DNA of 64,000 bases. It comes from a virus. A model generated the notes under the pieces. It saw nothing but the letters and a program-made list of their open reading frames with translations. It was not told where the DNA came from and made no database searches. Shown one piece after another: positions 8,936 through 17,904 of this stretch (position 1 is its first letter; each line of letters starts with the position of its first letter). A program made the position numbers and the translations under genes. Where the stretch lies: the IMG/VR virus record IMGVR_UViG_3300049571_000380, positions 1-64,000 of that record. One strand, 5' to 3'.

Positions 8936-9429
8936 CAGTCCTCGTCCCCCAGGAACGTGATCAGTACGGGCGGCCGTACGAAGCAGGTGTGGATCTGGTG
9001 CAGGTGCAGGATCCCGGACGGCGTGAGGTCTTCCCATCGGGCCTGCCAGTACTCGCCGGTCTTCGTGCTGCGCAGAGTGCGCGCCGTCGATCCCATGTGC
9101 GTGGCCTGCACGACTTCGACCGACAGGTCCGTGGTGGGGAACTGGGCCCGTATCGTCGCGGCCTTGACCCGCTCACCCTTCTCCTCGAAGAGCTGTGCCG
9201 CCTCTTCCAGCAGGCTGGCGTCGTAGTTCCGGCTTTCCTCCGTCGGCCACAGCGGGTCAACCGGGGTGAGCAGGCGCCCCTGTGGACGCAGCATGAGGAT
9301 GGCGGCGCCCACGGCGCACTCGTCGGGCCCGGCCTTCCTGGGGAGGACCGCCAGCACGTACATGCCGGGTCCCGGTATCTCTTCCCAGTGATCCCCAGCC
9401 TCCGGGAATCTCACCAAGTCGTTTGCCAT
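8935..9429 (-). CDS. hypothetical protein
   Basis: 164-aa ORF, GGAAGGAGAGG RBS. Confidence 0.65.
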   Translation of the reverse strand: MANDLVRFPEAGDHWEEIPGPGMYVLAVLPRKAGPDECAVGAAILMLRPQGRLLTPVDPLWPTEESRNYDASLLEEAAQLFEEKGERVKAATIRAQFPTTDLSVEVVQATHMGSTARTLRSTKTGEYWQARWEDLTPSGILHLHQIHTCFVRPPVLITFLGDED

Positions 9430-9466
9430 TTCCTCTCCTTCCGTGCACGGGAGTCTATCATCAACC

Positions 9467-9477
9467 GGCCTAGGTCA
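9467..9477 (+). promoter_or_regulatory. TGACCTAGGCC operator-like site (copy 1, as GGCCTAGGTCA)
   Basis: exact 11-mer, intergenic, 11 nt upstream of a minus-strand TAGACT -10 candidate. Confidence 0.65.
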
Positions 9478-9491
9478 CGCCGGAAACACAA

Positions 9492-9524
9492 CAAGGGGCG
9501 ACCCCGATCCGGGGCCGCCCCTTG
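9492..9524. terminator. stem-loop
   Basis: AAGGGGCG-ACCCCGATCCGGGG-CCGCCCCTT after stop of 9531 gene. Confidence 0.5.
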
Positions 9525-9530
9525 GGTGGC

Positions 9531-9815
9531 TCAGTCGAGCTGGCGCCTGCCGTTCACGACCTCGTAGACGTAGGCGTAGCGGTACGGAAGCTCGTCACCG
9601 CTGGACTCGTCGGTCTCCGTCACGACGGTAGCGCGAAGGACCGTCCAGATGTCACCCCGGTCGTCCGCGAAGCAGTGTCCACGGGAGAGCAGGGGCATCT
9701 CCGGCTTCCGGCCCGCATCCTCCCGGGGGCGGACGGTGATCTCGGCGAAGGCGGCCTGCCAGTTGGGGTACAGCTCGTTGACCCCGGTCGGCAGGTTCGA
9801 GAGGGAGTCGATCAC
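9531..9815 (-). CDS. hypothetical protein
   Basis: GTG start coupled to upstream stop. Confidence 0.55.
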   Translation of the reverse strand: MIDSLSNLPTGVNELYPNWQAAFAEITVRPREDAGRKPEMPLLSRGHCFADDRGDIWTVLRATVVTETDESSGDELPYRYAYVYEVVNGRRQLD

Positions 9816-10246
9816 TTGAAGATCCCCTCCAGGACGACCCTGTCGAACAGCCAGATGCCGTACGGGTTGCTGACCGCGACGCGCTCGGTCTTCTTGCTCT
9901 CCAGAAACTGGCGGACGAGGTGGCGCTTCATCTCCTCCAGCAGGGAGGAGGGGAAGTTGTGGGTGTCGGTGGCGTCCCAGTACTCCTCGAAGTCGACCGA
10001 GACCAGGTGCCCCTCGTCGTCCCAGCGCTGCTTCAGCGCCAGCAGGGCGGTGATGACCGTCGGCTCGTCGAGCGTCAGGTCGTCCAGCATGTCCCACCCG
10101 TGCACGTGGGTACCGAGCTGGATCGCGGTCAGGCGCAGGGCCTCGGCCGTCGCGTTGATGTCGTACTTGCTCAGCGCCTGGAGCTGGGGGTAGCGGGAGT
10201 AGTCGGTGTCGGCGGCCTTCTCGGCGAAGCGCTCGTGGAACTGCAT
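9812..10246 (-). CDS. hypothetical protein
   Basis: ORF from MQFHERF, AGGAGAAGG RBS. Confidence 0.6.
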   Translation of the reverse strand: MQFHERFAEKAADTDYSRYPQLQALSKYDINATAEALRLTAIQLGTHVHGWDMLDDLTLDEPTVITALLALKQRWDDEGHLVSVDFEEYWDATDTHNFPSSLLEEMKRHLVRQFLESKKTERVAVSNPYGIWLFDRVVLEGIFK

Positions 10247-10280
10247 GGATCCTTCTCCTGTTCCGTTCACTGCATCAACG

Positions 10281-10305
10281 AGGGGGCGCCCGGCGGGCGC
10301 CCCCT
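10281..10305. terminator. stem-loop
   Basis: AGGGGGCGCCC-GGC-GGGCGCCCCCT perfect 11-bp stem. Confidence 0.55.
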
Positions 10306-10313
10306 GAAGGTCA

Positions 10314-10394
10314 TCACTGACCGTTGCCCTCTTCACGCTCGCGCGCTTCCCTGAGAGCCTTCCCCGGCTCGCGCTGGGGCAGCTTCTCCGCCAT
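10314..10394 (-). CDS. 26-aa microprotein MAEKLPQREPGKALREAREREEGNGQ
   Basis: AAGGAGG RBS directly downstream of promoter/operator. Confidence 0.45.
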   Translation of the reverse strand: MAEKLPQREPGKALREAREREEGNGQ

Positions 10395-10410
10395 GTCTTC
10401 CCTCCTTCCC

Positions 10411-10450
10411 TGACCTAGGCCACTGTATCTGATCGAACTCGCCCTGGCTA
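10411..10450 (-). promoter_or_regulatory. sigma70-type promoter (TAGCCA-N17-TACAGT) abutting TGACCTAGGCC site (10411-10421)
   Basis: -10 hexamer immediately followed by GGCCTAGGTCA on the minus strand. Confidence 0.55.
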
Positions 10451-10768
10451 CTTGGGCGTTGCCGTGTCGCGAAGCTCCTGCTTGACCACGTTCATGCCGA
10501 GACCGCCGACGGCTCCCAGGTTCTGCACGCAGTGGTAGAACGACAGCGTGAACTTCGCGAAGTTGGGCTCTCCGGACTGACCCTTCAGAAGCCAGGTTCC
10601 GCAGTTCGACGACACCTCCTTCAGCATTTGGCCCAGCTTCTGTTGTTCCGTGAGGTCGACGGCGTCCGTGAAGATGCCGCTGTCGGAGAAGGTCCGAACC
10701 ACTCCACCGTCAGAACCCAGGATCTGGACCGTTGCGACGTAGAAGTAACTGACCGCCCGCCTACTCAC
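10448..10768 (-). CDS. hypothetical protein
   Basis: GTG start coupled to upstream stop. Confidence 0.55.
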   Translation of the reverse strand: MSRRAVSYFYVATVQILGSDGGVVRTFSDSGIFTDAVDLTEQQKLGQMLKEVSSNCGTWLLKGQSGEPNFAKFTLSFYHCVQNLGAVGGLGMNVVKQELRDTATPK

Positions 10769-11037
10769 TTTCCGCCCCCCATCTTCTTCTGGATCAGCTC
10801 CACGGCCCGGACGTCGCCGATCTGCTCGGCCAGCGACAGCAGGGTCTGGACCGCCTGCTCCTCGGTAAGGGCCAGGATGAAGCTCTCCGGGCTGCCCCCG
10901 TCGACCGGCACAATGACGTCGCTGCTGTCGATGGGCACGAACCCCTCCAGCAGGTACGGCCGCTCGCCGTACCAGTCGTCCAGGTCGGCCACCGGCTCCT
11001 TGACCTTGGCCTCGTGGTCGATCTCGCTGTGGTGCAT
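10765..11037 (-). CDS. hypothetical protein
   Basis: ORF from MHHSEID, GGAGGAG RBS. Confidence 0.6.
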   Translation of the reverse strand: MHHSEIDHEAKVKEPVADLDDWYGERPYLLEGFVPIDSSDVIVPVDGGSPESFILALTEEQAVQTLLSLAEQIGDVRAVELIQKKMGGGK

Positions 11038-11192
11038 TTCTCCTCCAGTTCCGTGAGATCCCACGGCGAGGGCCCGGCCGCAGCCGGACCCCACCGAAGC
11101 ACTTCACTTCTTCCCGGCCACCCAGTCCTGATGGAACGCCGCCTGCCGGACCAGCATGGCCAGCGGCTGCACTCCCACCGTGGCCAGGCCCA

Positions 11193-11372
11193 TCAGGTTT
11201 GCGCGTACCGGTAGCCCCGACCCAGCAGCTTCGTCAGCACCTCCGAGCGCACCGCCGGGGCGGCCCCGGGGAGCCGTCGCAGCAGGGCGTACAGGTGCAG
11301 GAACTCGCCCCACTCCAGGCATGACTGCGGCGGGCACTGGCCGGTCGTCAGCTCGATCCGCAGCAGTTCCAT
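11193..11372 (-). CDS. hypothetical protein (59 aa, MELLRIEL...)
   Basis: read by hand; just under ORF-track cutoff. Confidence 0.45.
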   Translation of the reverse strand: MELLRIELTTGQCPPQSCLEWGEFLHLYALLRRLPGAAPAVRSEVLTKLLGRGYRYAQT

Positions 11373-11821
11373 TCCGGCTCGTCGAGCCCGTAGACGTAGA
11401 CCACGGAGAAGTTGTCGGCCAGCCAGAACTGCATCCGCCGGGCCACGAGAGCCTTCGACAGGCCACCGAGCCCGCAGCCGAGCGCCGGGAGGGCGACCGA
11501 GATCAGGCCCGTCTCGTCCAGGTACTCCTTCAGGGCGGCCAGCCCCCGGTCCACGTCCTCGATCCGGGAGTTGTCCCGCCAGTGCCGCTTGGTGGCGATG
11601 CTCAGGATCCGGCGCCCGTCCGGCAGGAGGGCGTCATGCACCAGGCCGGGCTTCATCCGGCCCTCCCGGCAGAAGGTCACGTACTCCTCGACCTGCACGG
11701 GCCAGCGGTCCTTGAACTGCCGGGCCAACCCGGCGCCCGGCACGCCGACGCAGTTGACCGGGCTGACCAGGCCCTGCGCGGCCGACTCCAGCAGGTCCCC
11801 CTGCGTCCAGATCAGCGGCAT
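11348..11821 (-). CDS. macrodomain ADP-ribosyl hydrolase, DarG/TARG1-type
   Basis: QGDLLES...VSPVNCVGVPGAGLARQFK...ATKRHWRDNSRIEDVDRGL...ALPALGCGLGGL. Confidence 0.88.
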   Translation of the reverse strand: MPLIWTQGDLLESAAQGLVSPVNCVGVPGAGLARQFKDRWPVQVEEYVTFCREGRMKPGLVHDALLPDGRRILSIATKRHWRDNSRIEDVDRGLAALKEYLDETGLISVALPALGCGLGGLSKALVARRMQFWLADNFSVVYVYGLDEPEWNCCGSS

Positions 11822-11822
11822 G

Positions 11823-12023
11823 TCACAGCTCCGTGATGCGCAGCAGGCGCCGGACCGGCACCCTGCGGATGGCGTGGTTGTCGAACTCCATGACCACGAA
11901 GCCGCCTTCGTCGATCCGGTACCCCTTCAGGGAGGCGTATCCGAAGTCGCCGCCGAGGGGAACCTGCGGCGGTCCCGTGTGGTAGCTCTCGTCGTTGTCG
12001 AACTCGATCGACAGGCTTGCCAT
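11823..12023 (-). CDS. hypothetical protein
   Basis: ORF from MASLSIEF, coupled. Confidence 0.55.
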   Translation of the reverse strand: MASLSIEFDNDESYHTGPPQVPLGGDFGYASLKGYRIDEGGFVVMEFDNHAIRRVPVRRLLRITEL

Positions 12024-12343
12024 CAGATGTCCACCTTCCACGTGTCGACGCTGGCCTCGCTCAGCATCTCCATCCAGTCCCCGACCGTGATCAGCCAGTG
12101 GCCCTCGATTGCCAGCCCGGCGTCCCCGTCATGCAGCCGGAACGGCTTGTTGCGGGGCGCCCGCAGCACCGCGCCCATGCTGTACGCGACCAGCGGGCGC
12201 AGGCCGTACGGGGTGTGCCGCTGCACCTCGACCACGCTGGAGTAGGTGAACCTCCCGGTGCCCTCCTCCTTGTTCAGCACGATGTGCAGCAGCGTGCCGT
12301 CCACGGCCGGAATGTCGATCTCTGCGGTCTCCGGGTGATTCAT
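12023..12343 (-). CDS. hypothetical protein
   Basis: 106-aa coupled ORF. Confidence 0.6.
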   Translation of the reverse strand: MNHPETAEIDIPAVDGTLLHIVLNKEEGTGRFTYSSVVEVQRHTPYGLRPLVAYSMGAVLRAPRNKPFRLHDGDAGLAIEGHWLITVGDWMEMLSEASVDTWKVDI

Positions 12344-12624
12344 GAGGGCTCCATCCTCTTGGTCTCCATGCGGCCCGATCTCAGGCTGCGCTCCAGGATC
12401 ACGGCGTACCGGATCCGGTCGTCCTGCCTGCGGCCGTACGTGGTGGCGATCAGTGCCGTCTGCCTGCTGGTGTGCTGTTCCAGGAGCAGGCGGTGGTCAC
12501 CGTCCCAACGTAGGCACAGGGACTTGTCCGTCAGCTCCTCGCGAAGGCCGTCCCAGCGTTCGCGGTCGCCGTTCCATGAAGCCCGTAACTCATCGGCCAG
12601 GGCTTCGAATTCGTCCTCACTCAC
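12340..12624 (-). CDS. hypothetical protein
   Basis: GTG start after GGGGG RBS, downstream of operator copy. Confidence 0.55.
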   Translation of the reverse strand: MSEDEFEALADELRASWNGDRERWDGLREELTDKSLCLRWDGDHRLLLEQHTSRQTALIATTYGRRQDDRIRYAVILERSLRSGRMETKRMEPS

Positions 12625-12641
12625 GTTTCCCCCATCCGAAT

Positions 12642-12652
12642 GGCCTAGGTCA
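12642..12652 (+). promoter_or_regulatory. TGACCTAGGCC operator-like site (copy 3)
   Basis: exact 11-mer, 3 nt downstream of minus-strand TATCGT -10 candidate. Confidence 0.65.
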
Positions 12653-12665
12653 AAGACGATACGCA

Positions 12666-12697
12666 GAAGGGGCCCCGGCCGCAACCGGAGCCCCTTC
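12666..12697. terminator. stem-loop
   Basis: GAAGGGG...CCCCTTC inverted repeat. Confidence 0.5.
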
Positions 12698-12786
12698 GCT
12701 GTGACCCGTGGGTCAGACGGCCTTGAGCGCGGCCAGGGCCACGCTGATCGTCCCACGACCCCCTTTCAGGGGTTTCGGCCTCGGAG

Positions 12787-13269
12787 TCAGGTACCTTGTC
12801 GCTCCTGCTGCCACTTCTTGCGGGCCTCGTTGACCCGCTCTTCCGCCTCCGCCAGCTCGGCGGCCAGGCGGTAGATGTCGGGTAGTCCCTCGCTGTTGAG
12901 GGAGCTGTGATTGATCAGGTTCCGGACCGCCATGTAGGCGGCCGTCACCGAGAAGCACCCTGGGCTGCGGGTGCACGGCTTGTGCGTACCCCGGTCGAGC
13001 TGACCGAGGTCCCGGCGCAGTTCCTCCGACAGCTTCAGCCGGTACCGGGCCTTCCGTTCCGGGGCGGCGCGCTCCTGGAGCACTTCGGCGTGGGGGTGGT
13101 TCGGGTCGATGACCCACCTCCTCCGCTCGATGTACTCCCGCTGGCTCTCGATATGCCGGGTGATGATCCGCCGCATCGCCGGGTAGGCCCGGTTCCACAG
13201 GTCGGCCAGGTGTTCGGCGTCGGCGTAGCTGAAGTGTCCCGTCTCGTGGACGAGGTCGGCGTCCAGCAT
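12787..13269 (-). CDS. hypothetical protein
   Basis: 160-aa ORF. Confidence 0.6.
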   Translation of the reverse strand: MLDADLVHETGHFSYADAEHLADLWNRAYPAMRRIITRHIESQREYIERRRWVIDPNHPHAEVLQERAAPERKARYRLKLSEELRRDLGQLDRGTHKPCTRSPGCFSVTAAYMAVRNLINHSSLNSEGLPDIYRLAAELAEAEERVNEARKKWQQERQGT

Positions 13270-13270
13270 G

Positions 13271-14101
13271 TCAGTAGACGTTCAGGCTGCCGGAGGACTT
13301 CTTCGTCCTGATGTCCAGGTCCGTGCGCCCCCGCGTTCCGCTGATGTTGGCCGATCCGGAGGAGACCCGGACGTCGATGGCGCCGCTGGCGGCCCGGCCG
13401 ACGTTCAGGTTCATGCTTCCGGAAGAGACCCGCAGCTTGGCGTGGGAACCGGTGTACTCGCCGATGTTCAGGCTGCCGGACGACGTCTTGGCCTCGATTC
13501 CCTCCGTCACCCGGCCGATCCCGAACGAGCCCGAAGACAGTTCGACGAGGGCCTTGCCGACCGAACCGTGCACGTCGATCGAACCGGAGGACAGGTCACC
13601 CTCGATGCCGACGAGGTCGCCGTACACGTCGAACAGACCGGAACCGAGGTCGGCCCGGATGCCGGAGTGCCGGGGCAGGGTGACCTCGACCCGGACCATG
13701 TCCTCTCCGGATCCGGAGCCGCCGATCACCGTGGCTCCCCTGCCGACCGACACGAAGGAGACGCTGCCGGAGAAGACCATCCGGCTGCTGCCGCCCTGGA
13801 TCACGGTCGGCGGGACCTGGAAGTCCGGCACCTTCACCGTCAGCGTGCTGCCGGACAGGTAGATCTTCGTCTTGCGGACGGCGTCGGTCACCGACTGCAC
13901 CGTGGACCGGGTGTAGACCCGGACCGAGGCGAAGTCGACGGCGTCCACCGTCACGGTTCCGTGGATCGAGTCACCCGAGATGTCCAGCAGGACCGGGCCG
14001 GAGTGCTGACCCTTCCCGGAGAACGACTGGTCCGGCAGGCCGTCCCGCTTGCTCAGCTCCGCGCTGGAGCCGCCGCCCTCGTACTTGCTGATCTCACCCA
14101 T
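13271..14101 (-). CDS. DUF4097-like beta-strand repeat (adhesin-like) protein
   Basis: repeated xxSSGSxxV/I units (LSSGSIDV, LSSGSFGI, TSSGSLNI, VSSGSMNL, VSSGSANI); GGAGAG RBS before MGEISK. Confidence 0.7.
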   Translation of the reverse strand: MGEISKYEGGGSSAELSKRDGLPDQSFSGKGQHSGPVLLDISGDSIHGTVTVDAVDFASVRVYTRSTVQSVTDAVRKTKIYLSGSTLTVKVPDFQVPPTVIQGGSSRMVFSGSVSFVSVGRGATVIGGSGSGEDMVRVEVTLPRHSGIRADLGSGLFDVYGDLVGIEGDLSSGSIDVHGSVGKALVELSSGSFGIGRVTEGIEAKTSSGSLNIGEYTGSHAKLRVSSGSMNLNVGRAASGAIDVRVSSGSANISGTRGRTDLDIRTKKSSGSLNVY

Positions 14102-14127
14102 GTTCTCCCTCTCCGTGTCTTCCGGTC

Positions 14128-14424
14128 TCAGATCTCGTCGTAGCGGCGTTCGTAGGCGATGGCGTTGTCCAGCGCCTCCTGCGGGTCCATGCCCGAGGTG
14201 ACGCCCTCGTAGAAGCCGTCCTTGTTCTCGGTGCCGAGCTTCTTCAGCACGGCCACCAGTGCCTCGTTCACGTGGTGGTACGGGGTGCCGCCGTTGCGGC
14301 CGTCCTGGATGACCAGGTCGTACTCGTCGATCACGTTCCACTTGTAGAGCAGGTCGGCCAGCTCCTTGGCCGCCGCCAGCAGGTGGATCGTGCGCATGTC
14401 CAGCTTCTCGTCCTGGGTGGTCAT
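14128..14424 (-). CDS. hypothetical protein
   Basis: 98-aa ORF. Confidence 0.6.
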   Translation of the reverse strand: MTTQDEKLDMRTIHLLAAAKELADLLYKWNVIDEYDLVIQDGRNGGTPYHHVNEALVAVLKKLGTENKDGFYEGVTSGMDPQEALDNAIAYERRYDEI

Positions 14425-14517
14425 GCGGTCTTCCCCTTTCCGGCCGCCCTCCGGCGGTCGATCTCGGTCTTCTTCATGGCGATCAGCGCCACGACCCCGG
14501 CGAACGCCCGGATCACT

Positions 14518-14844
14518 TCAGCCACGTTCCGCACCCCTCTTGCCCTGTTCGATGATCCGCGCCACCAGCTCCATCCCGGTGCGCTCGCCCGCCGTACTGG
14601 GCGTCATCGCCCGGCCCCACCGGGCCGCCTCGTAGAACGCCTCCAGCGCCCGCCACTCGACGGTCACCGTGATCAGGCACGAGCCGTCGCACTCCGGCCA
14701 GGTGCAGTGCTTGCCGTGCGCCCCCGGCGAGCGACGGGGGTACAGTTCCTGCTCTTCCGGCTCGGGCGGCGACGGGCAGGTGCAGGGGTCGCTCCCGATC
14801 CCCGTGCAGCAGGTTCCGCCGCAGCCCCGGCATCCGTAGCTCAC
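14518..14844 (-). CDS. Cys-rich hypothetical protein
   Basis: CRGCGGTCCTGIGSDPCTC and CTWPECDGSC clusters; coupled GTG start. Confidence 0.5.
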   Translation of the reverse strand: MSYGCRGCGGTCCTGIGSDPCTCPSPPEPEEQELYPRRSPGAHGKHCTWPECDGSCLITVTVEWRALEAFYEAARWGRAMTPSTAGERTGMELVARIIEQGKRGAERG

Positions 14845-15266
14845 TGGGCACGCGCCGGTTCGTGGGCCCGGCACCACGGGACGCCGGGGCAGGCCGAGAA
14901 GACGATCCCCTTGCCGAACCTCGGCTTCACGGGGCTGTCGTGCTCGGAGCAGAGCATGACCGGTGGGAAGAAGCCATCCCACTCGTCGCTCTCCGGGTCG
15001 AAGCCGTCGAGCACTGCGTTGACCATCTCCAGGATCGCCTTACCGGCGTCACTGTCAGCGCTCAGGTCCTTCTTGGCCATCGCCCTGCGCCAGCCCGCCA
15101 CGGCCTCCCTCATGGCCGCCTCGGCGATCCTGCGCTGGTACTCCAGGATGCTGTCGTGACAGAACAGCTCCCGGATCACCGCGTTCATCTCTCGGGGGTC
15201 GGCGAACGAGCCCGGAGTCCGGACCCTCGCCTCTCCCCAGCCGTCGGTGTTCAGCGGCTCACCCAT
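14841..15266 (-). CDS. hypothetical protein
   Basis: ORF from MGEPLN, GGAGAGGG RBS. Confidence 0.55.
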   Translation of the reverse strand: MGEPLNTDGWGEARVRTPGSFADPREMNAVIRELFCHDSILEYQRRIAEAAMREAVAGWRRAMAKKDLSADSDAGKAILEMVNAVLDGFDPESDEWDGFFPPVMLCSEHDSPVKPRFGKGIVFSACPGVPWCRAHEPARAQ

Positions 15267-15286
15267 CACCCTTCCCCTCTCCTGGT

Positions 15287-15619
15287 CTACAGCGCCGACT
15301 TGGCGACCCGGATCATGCGGTCGAACGCCTCGGGGGTGATGAGTCTGGCCGTCGTCCACAGTGCCGGGTGACCGGCCATCGCCTCGGTGATGACCTGCCG
15401 GGTGACCGGCACGGACTCGCCGGTCAGGTAATCCCGGAGGTCGATCCCGCCGATGTAGGTGTCGTACAGGTCGGCCCGGCGTACGAACTCGTCGATCGTG
15501 TCCTTGTCGATCCTGCGGATCCCGGTCGCACCGGTCAGGTAGACCACGGCCTGCTGCTCCGGGGTCATGTCGGTGAGCGGGATCGTCCCGCCCTTGTTCG
15601 TTTCGAAGTACGCCTGCAT
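15287..15619 (-). CDS. hypothetical protein, paralog of 23288-23656
   Basis: GIRRIDKDTIDEFVRRADLY motif. Confidence 0.65.
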   Translation of the reverse strand: MQAYFETNKGGTIPLTDMTPEQQAVVYLTGATGIRRIDKDTIDEFVRRADLYDTYIGGIDLRDYLTGESVPVTRQVITEAMAGHPALWTTARLITPEAFDRMIRVAKSAL

Positions 15620-15725
15620 CTCCCTCTTCTCCCTTCCTCTGCCCGACGGCAGTACGGCAGGTGCACGGACCGGAGTCCGTGCACCACCGAGCTGAAGCCG
15701 GATCAGCTACCGCAGACCGCTGCGG

Positions 15726-16268
15726 TCACTTGCCCTGTGCCTTCCAGTAGGCGTTCTCGGCGGCGTGGATCTGGTCACCGAACGCCTTGCCGACGGCCCA
15801 CGCCTCGTCGCGGCGACCGTTGAAGAAGTGGTCGGCCACCTGAGAGGCGATGTGCACCGTGGCGACCGTGAGCGAGGACCAGTTGAAGCCCCAGAAGGCG
15901 CCGCCCTGGTACGGCAGCAGCTTCTCGTTCGTGGTGTAGCCGAGCGAGCAGAACGTGGTGGCGAACTGCTCGCACTGGTCGCGGTCGTCCACCTGGTAGA
16001 AGGGGCGGGTCGTGATCTTCTTGCCCCAGATCGAGCCGTTGTTGATGTGCAGGGTCTGGCGCTTGCTGGTGCGGTCCTCCATCGGGACCGGGAAGTCGGC
16101 CCCCTCCGGGTAGAACGTGACCAGCCCGCTCAGCTCCGGCTCGATGGACATCGCCAGGATCCAGCCGCCCTTACGGGCGCGGGGCTTCTTGCTCTGCGGC
16201 ATCTCCGCGTACGGCCACGCCGACGTCTTCCGGACTCCCTTGAGCGGGGTCGTGATGCGTGCACCCAT
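15726..16268 (-). CDS. hypothetical protein
   Basis: ORF from MGARITT, AAGGAG RBS. Confidence 0.6.
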   Translation of the reverse strand: MGARITTPLKGVRKTSAWPYAEMPQSKKPRARKGGWILAMSIEPELSGLVTFYPEGADFPVPMEDRTSKRQTLHINNGSIWGKKITTRPFYQVDDRDQCEQFATTFCSLGYTTNEKLLPYQGGAFWGFNWSSLTVATVHIASQVADHFFNGRRDEAWAVGKAFGDQIHAAENAYWKAQGK

Positions 16269-16379
16269 CGTGATCTTCTCCTTGTTCCCGGTCCCGTGCG
16301 TTGCGGCAGTCGTCACCCCAGCGGCCCGCCAGGCGGCCTGAAAGGGTGGTCGTGCGGCTCCCGGCGTTCAGCCAGGAGG

Positions 16380-16607
16380 TCAGCCAGGATGCCTCGAACT
16401 CGTCGGCGAGGCGTACAGCCCGGTCCTCGTCCGGTTCGCGGCGGTGGGATCCTCGTCCCCGTACCGGTCCATCTCGGTTCGGAACTCCGACGACATCGCC
16501 TGCTGCTCGATCAGGCTCAGGTCGTTCCAGTCCGGTCTTCGCCCAGCTCGGGTGATGGATTCTCGCCACAGCGCATCGAACTCCTTCGCCCTGTCGGCGG
16601 AGTTCAC
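16380..16607 (-). CDS. hypothetical protein
   Basis: 75-aa coupled ORF. Confidence 0.5.
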   Translation of the reverse strand: MNSADRAKEFDALWRESITRAGRRPDWNDLSLIEQQAMSSEFRTEMDRYGDEDPTAANRTRTGLYASPTSSRHPG

Positions 16608-16746
16608 GACTGCGGGTGCGGCTTGGAACCGTCCTTGCGCTTCTCCAGCGGGCGGGTGTGCTTGATGTCGTCGCTGCTGCCCATCTCGTGCCTCCTCGGC
16701 GGTTTGCTGCGGTTGGTGGGATCCCTTTCGGGCATCCTCTCCTCGT

Positions 16747-17055
16747 TCACGGGCGCTGCACCAGCATGAGCGAGACGAACATGTCGGCCGTCACGTTGGG
16801 GACCAGCTCGCCGTCGTCGGCCAGCACCTCCCAACCGCCCTTGGTGCCGACCTCTGTGATCCGGCCCCGGTAGAAGGTGCCGCTCTCCTCGCGGACCGCG
16901 ACCCTCACGATCCGGTCCGAGTAGTCGTTGGCAGCCGCCCAGACGGCTGAGACGATCCCCTGGTTGACGGGGGAGCGGAACTCCTCGAACTGCTCCAGGG
17001 TGGCGGCGGCCTGCTTCAACTCGGTGGCCAGTCGGCCGATGTGGGTCTGTGCCAT
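16747..17055 (-). CDS. hypothetical protein
   Basis: ORF from MAQTHIG, AGGAGAAGG RBS. Confidence 0.6.
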   Translation of the reverse strand: MAQTHIGRLATELKQAAATLEQFEEFRSPVNQGIVSAVWAAANDYSDRIVRVAVREESGTFYRGRITEVGTKGGWEVLADDGELVPNVTADMFVSLMLVQRP

Positions 17056-17176
17056 CAGTCCTTCTCCTGTTCCGTCTTCTCTTCCGGCTCGATCCGGAAC
17101 GGATCGGCCTCTGTGCCGCAGGTGCATGCCCCCGGTGGGCAGTAGCACCCCTCTTCCCACCAGCGGCGCTGTTCCG

Positions 17177-17527
17177 TCACGACGCCTTCTTGTGCCGGAC
17201 GATCAGGCAGTTCCACTGGTCCGGCCCGTCCTCGTCGTTGCGGCTCACGTCGTACCTGATCTTCAGGTTCCGCTCGTAGTCCGTGAGCACCTTCTGCGTG
17301 TACTTCAGCAGGCCCTCGGCGTTCGTCCCGAACCCGAAGCGGGCCATCGTGTGGTAGCCGGGCTCGAACTCGACGACCACCCAGTCCGTCGGCCGCAGCC
17401 CCTCACCCAGGGCCCGATGTACCGTGAACCCGGCCGTCACGCCAGTCGGTCCCCGGCTGACGCGCTCGGAGCGATTGAATCGCTCTCCCAGGAACCGGCT
17501 GACGGCTGCTGCGGACGGGGCGCTCAT
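17177..17527 (-). CDS. hypothetical protein
   Basis: 116-aa coupled ORF. Confidence 0.6.
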   Translation of the reverse strand: MSAPSAAAVSRFLGERFNRSERVSRGPTGVTAGFTVHRALGEGLRPTDWVVVEFEPGYHTMARFGFGTNAEGLLKYTQKVLTDYERNLKIRYDVSRNDEDGPDQWNCLIVRHKKAS

Positions 17528-17889
17528 ACCTGGTACCCCCGCATCTCCGGAAAGGCGGCCAGGACGATGTCCATGAGCCAGCCCCGGGCCGTCTTCGCCT
17601 CGTCGGTGCTCAGGCCCTCGGACCAGGTGCCCAGGTTGGTGCCCCAGTACATCAGCTCATCCTTGTAGATGCGGACGATCTCCTGCTGAGTCAGGGAGTC
17701 CGGGAGGCTGGCCGGTCGCTCGTTCCAGTCGACGTCGGTCTCGTTGCGCAGGAAGTTCTCACCGAGTCCGTCGACCAGCTCGTGAGCTTCAAGCTGGAGC
17801 GGAACCGACACCTCGATCCATGCCGACGGCCGCTCTCTGGGGGTCCCCTTCGCGTAGATCCCCTTGTGTACCCTGATGTCCCTGCCCAC
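17524..17889 (-). CDS. hypothetical protein
   Basis: 121-aa ORF, AAGGAG RBS. Confidence 0.6.
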   Translation of the reverse strand: MGRDIRVHKGIYAKGTPRERPSAWIEVSVPLQLEAHELVDGLGENFLRNETDVDWNERPASLPDSLTQQEIVRIYKDELMYWGTNLGTWSEGLSTDEAKTARGWLMDIVLAAFPEMRGYQV

Positions 17890-17904
17890 CCGTCTTCTCC
17901 TTCT

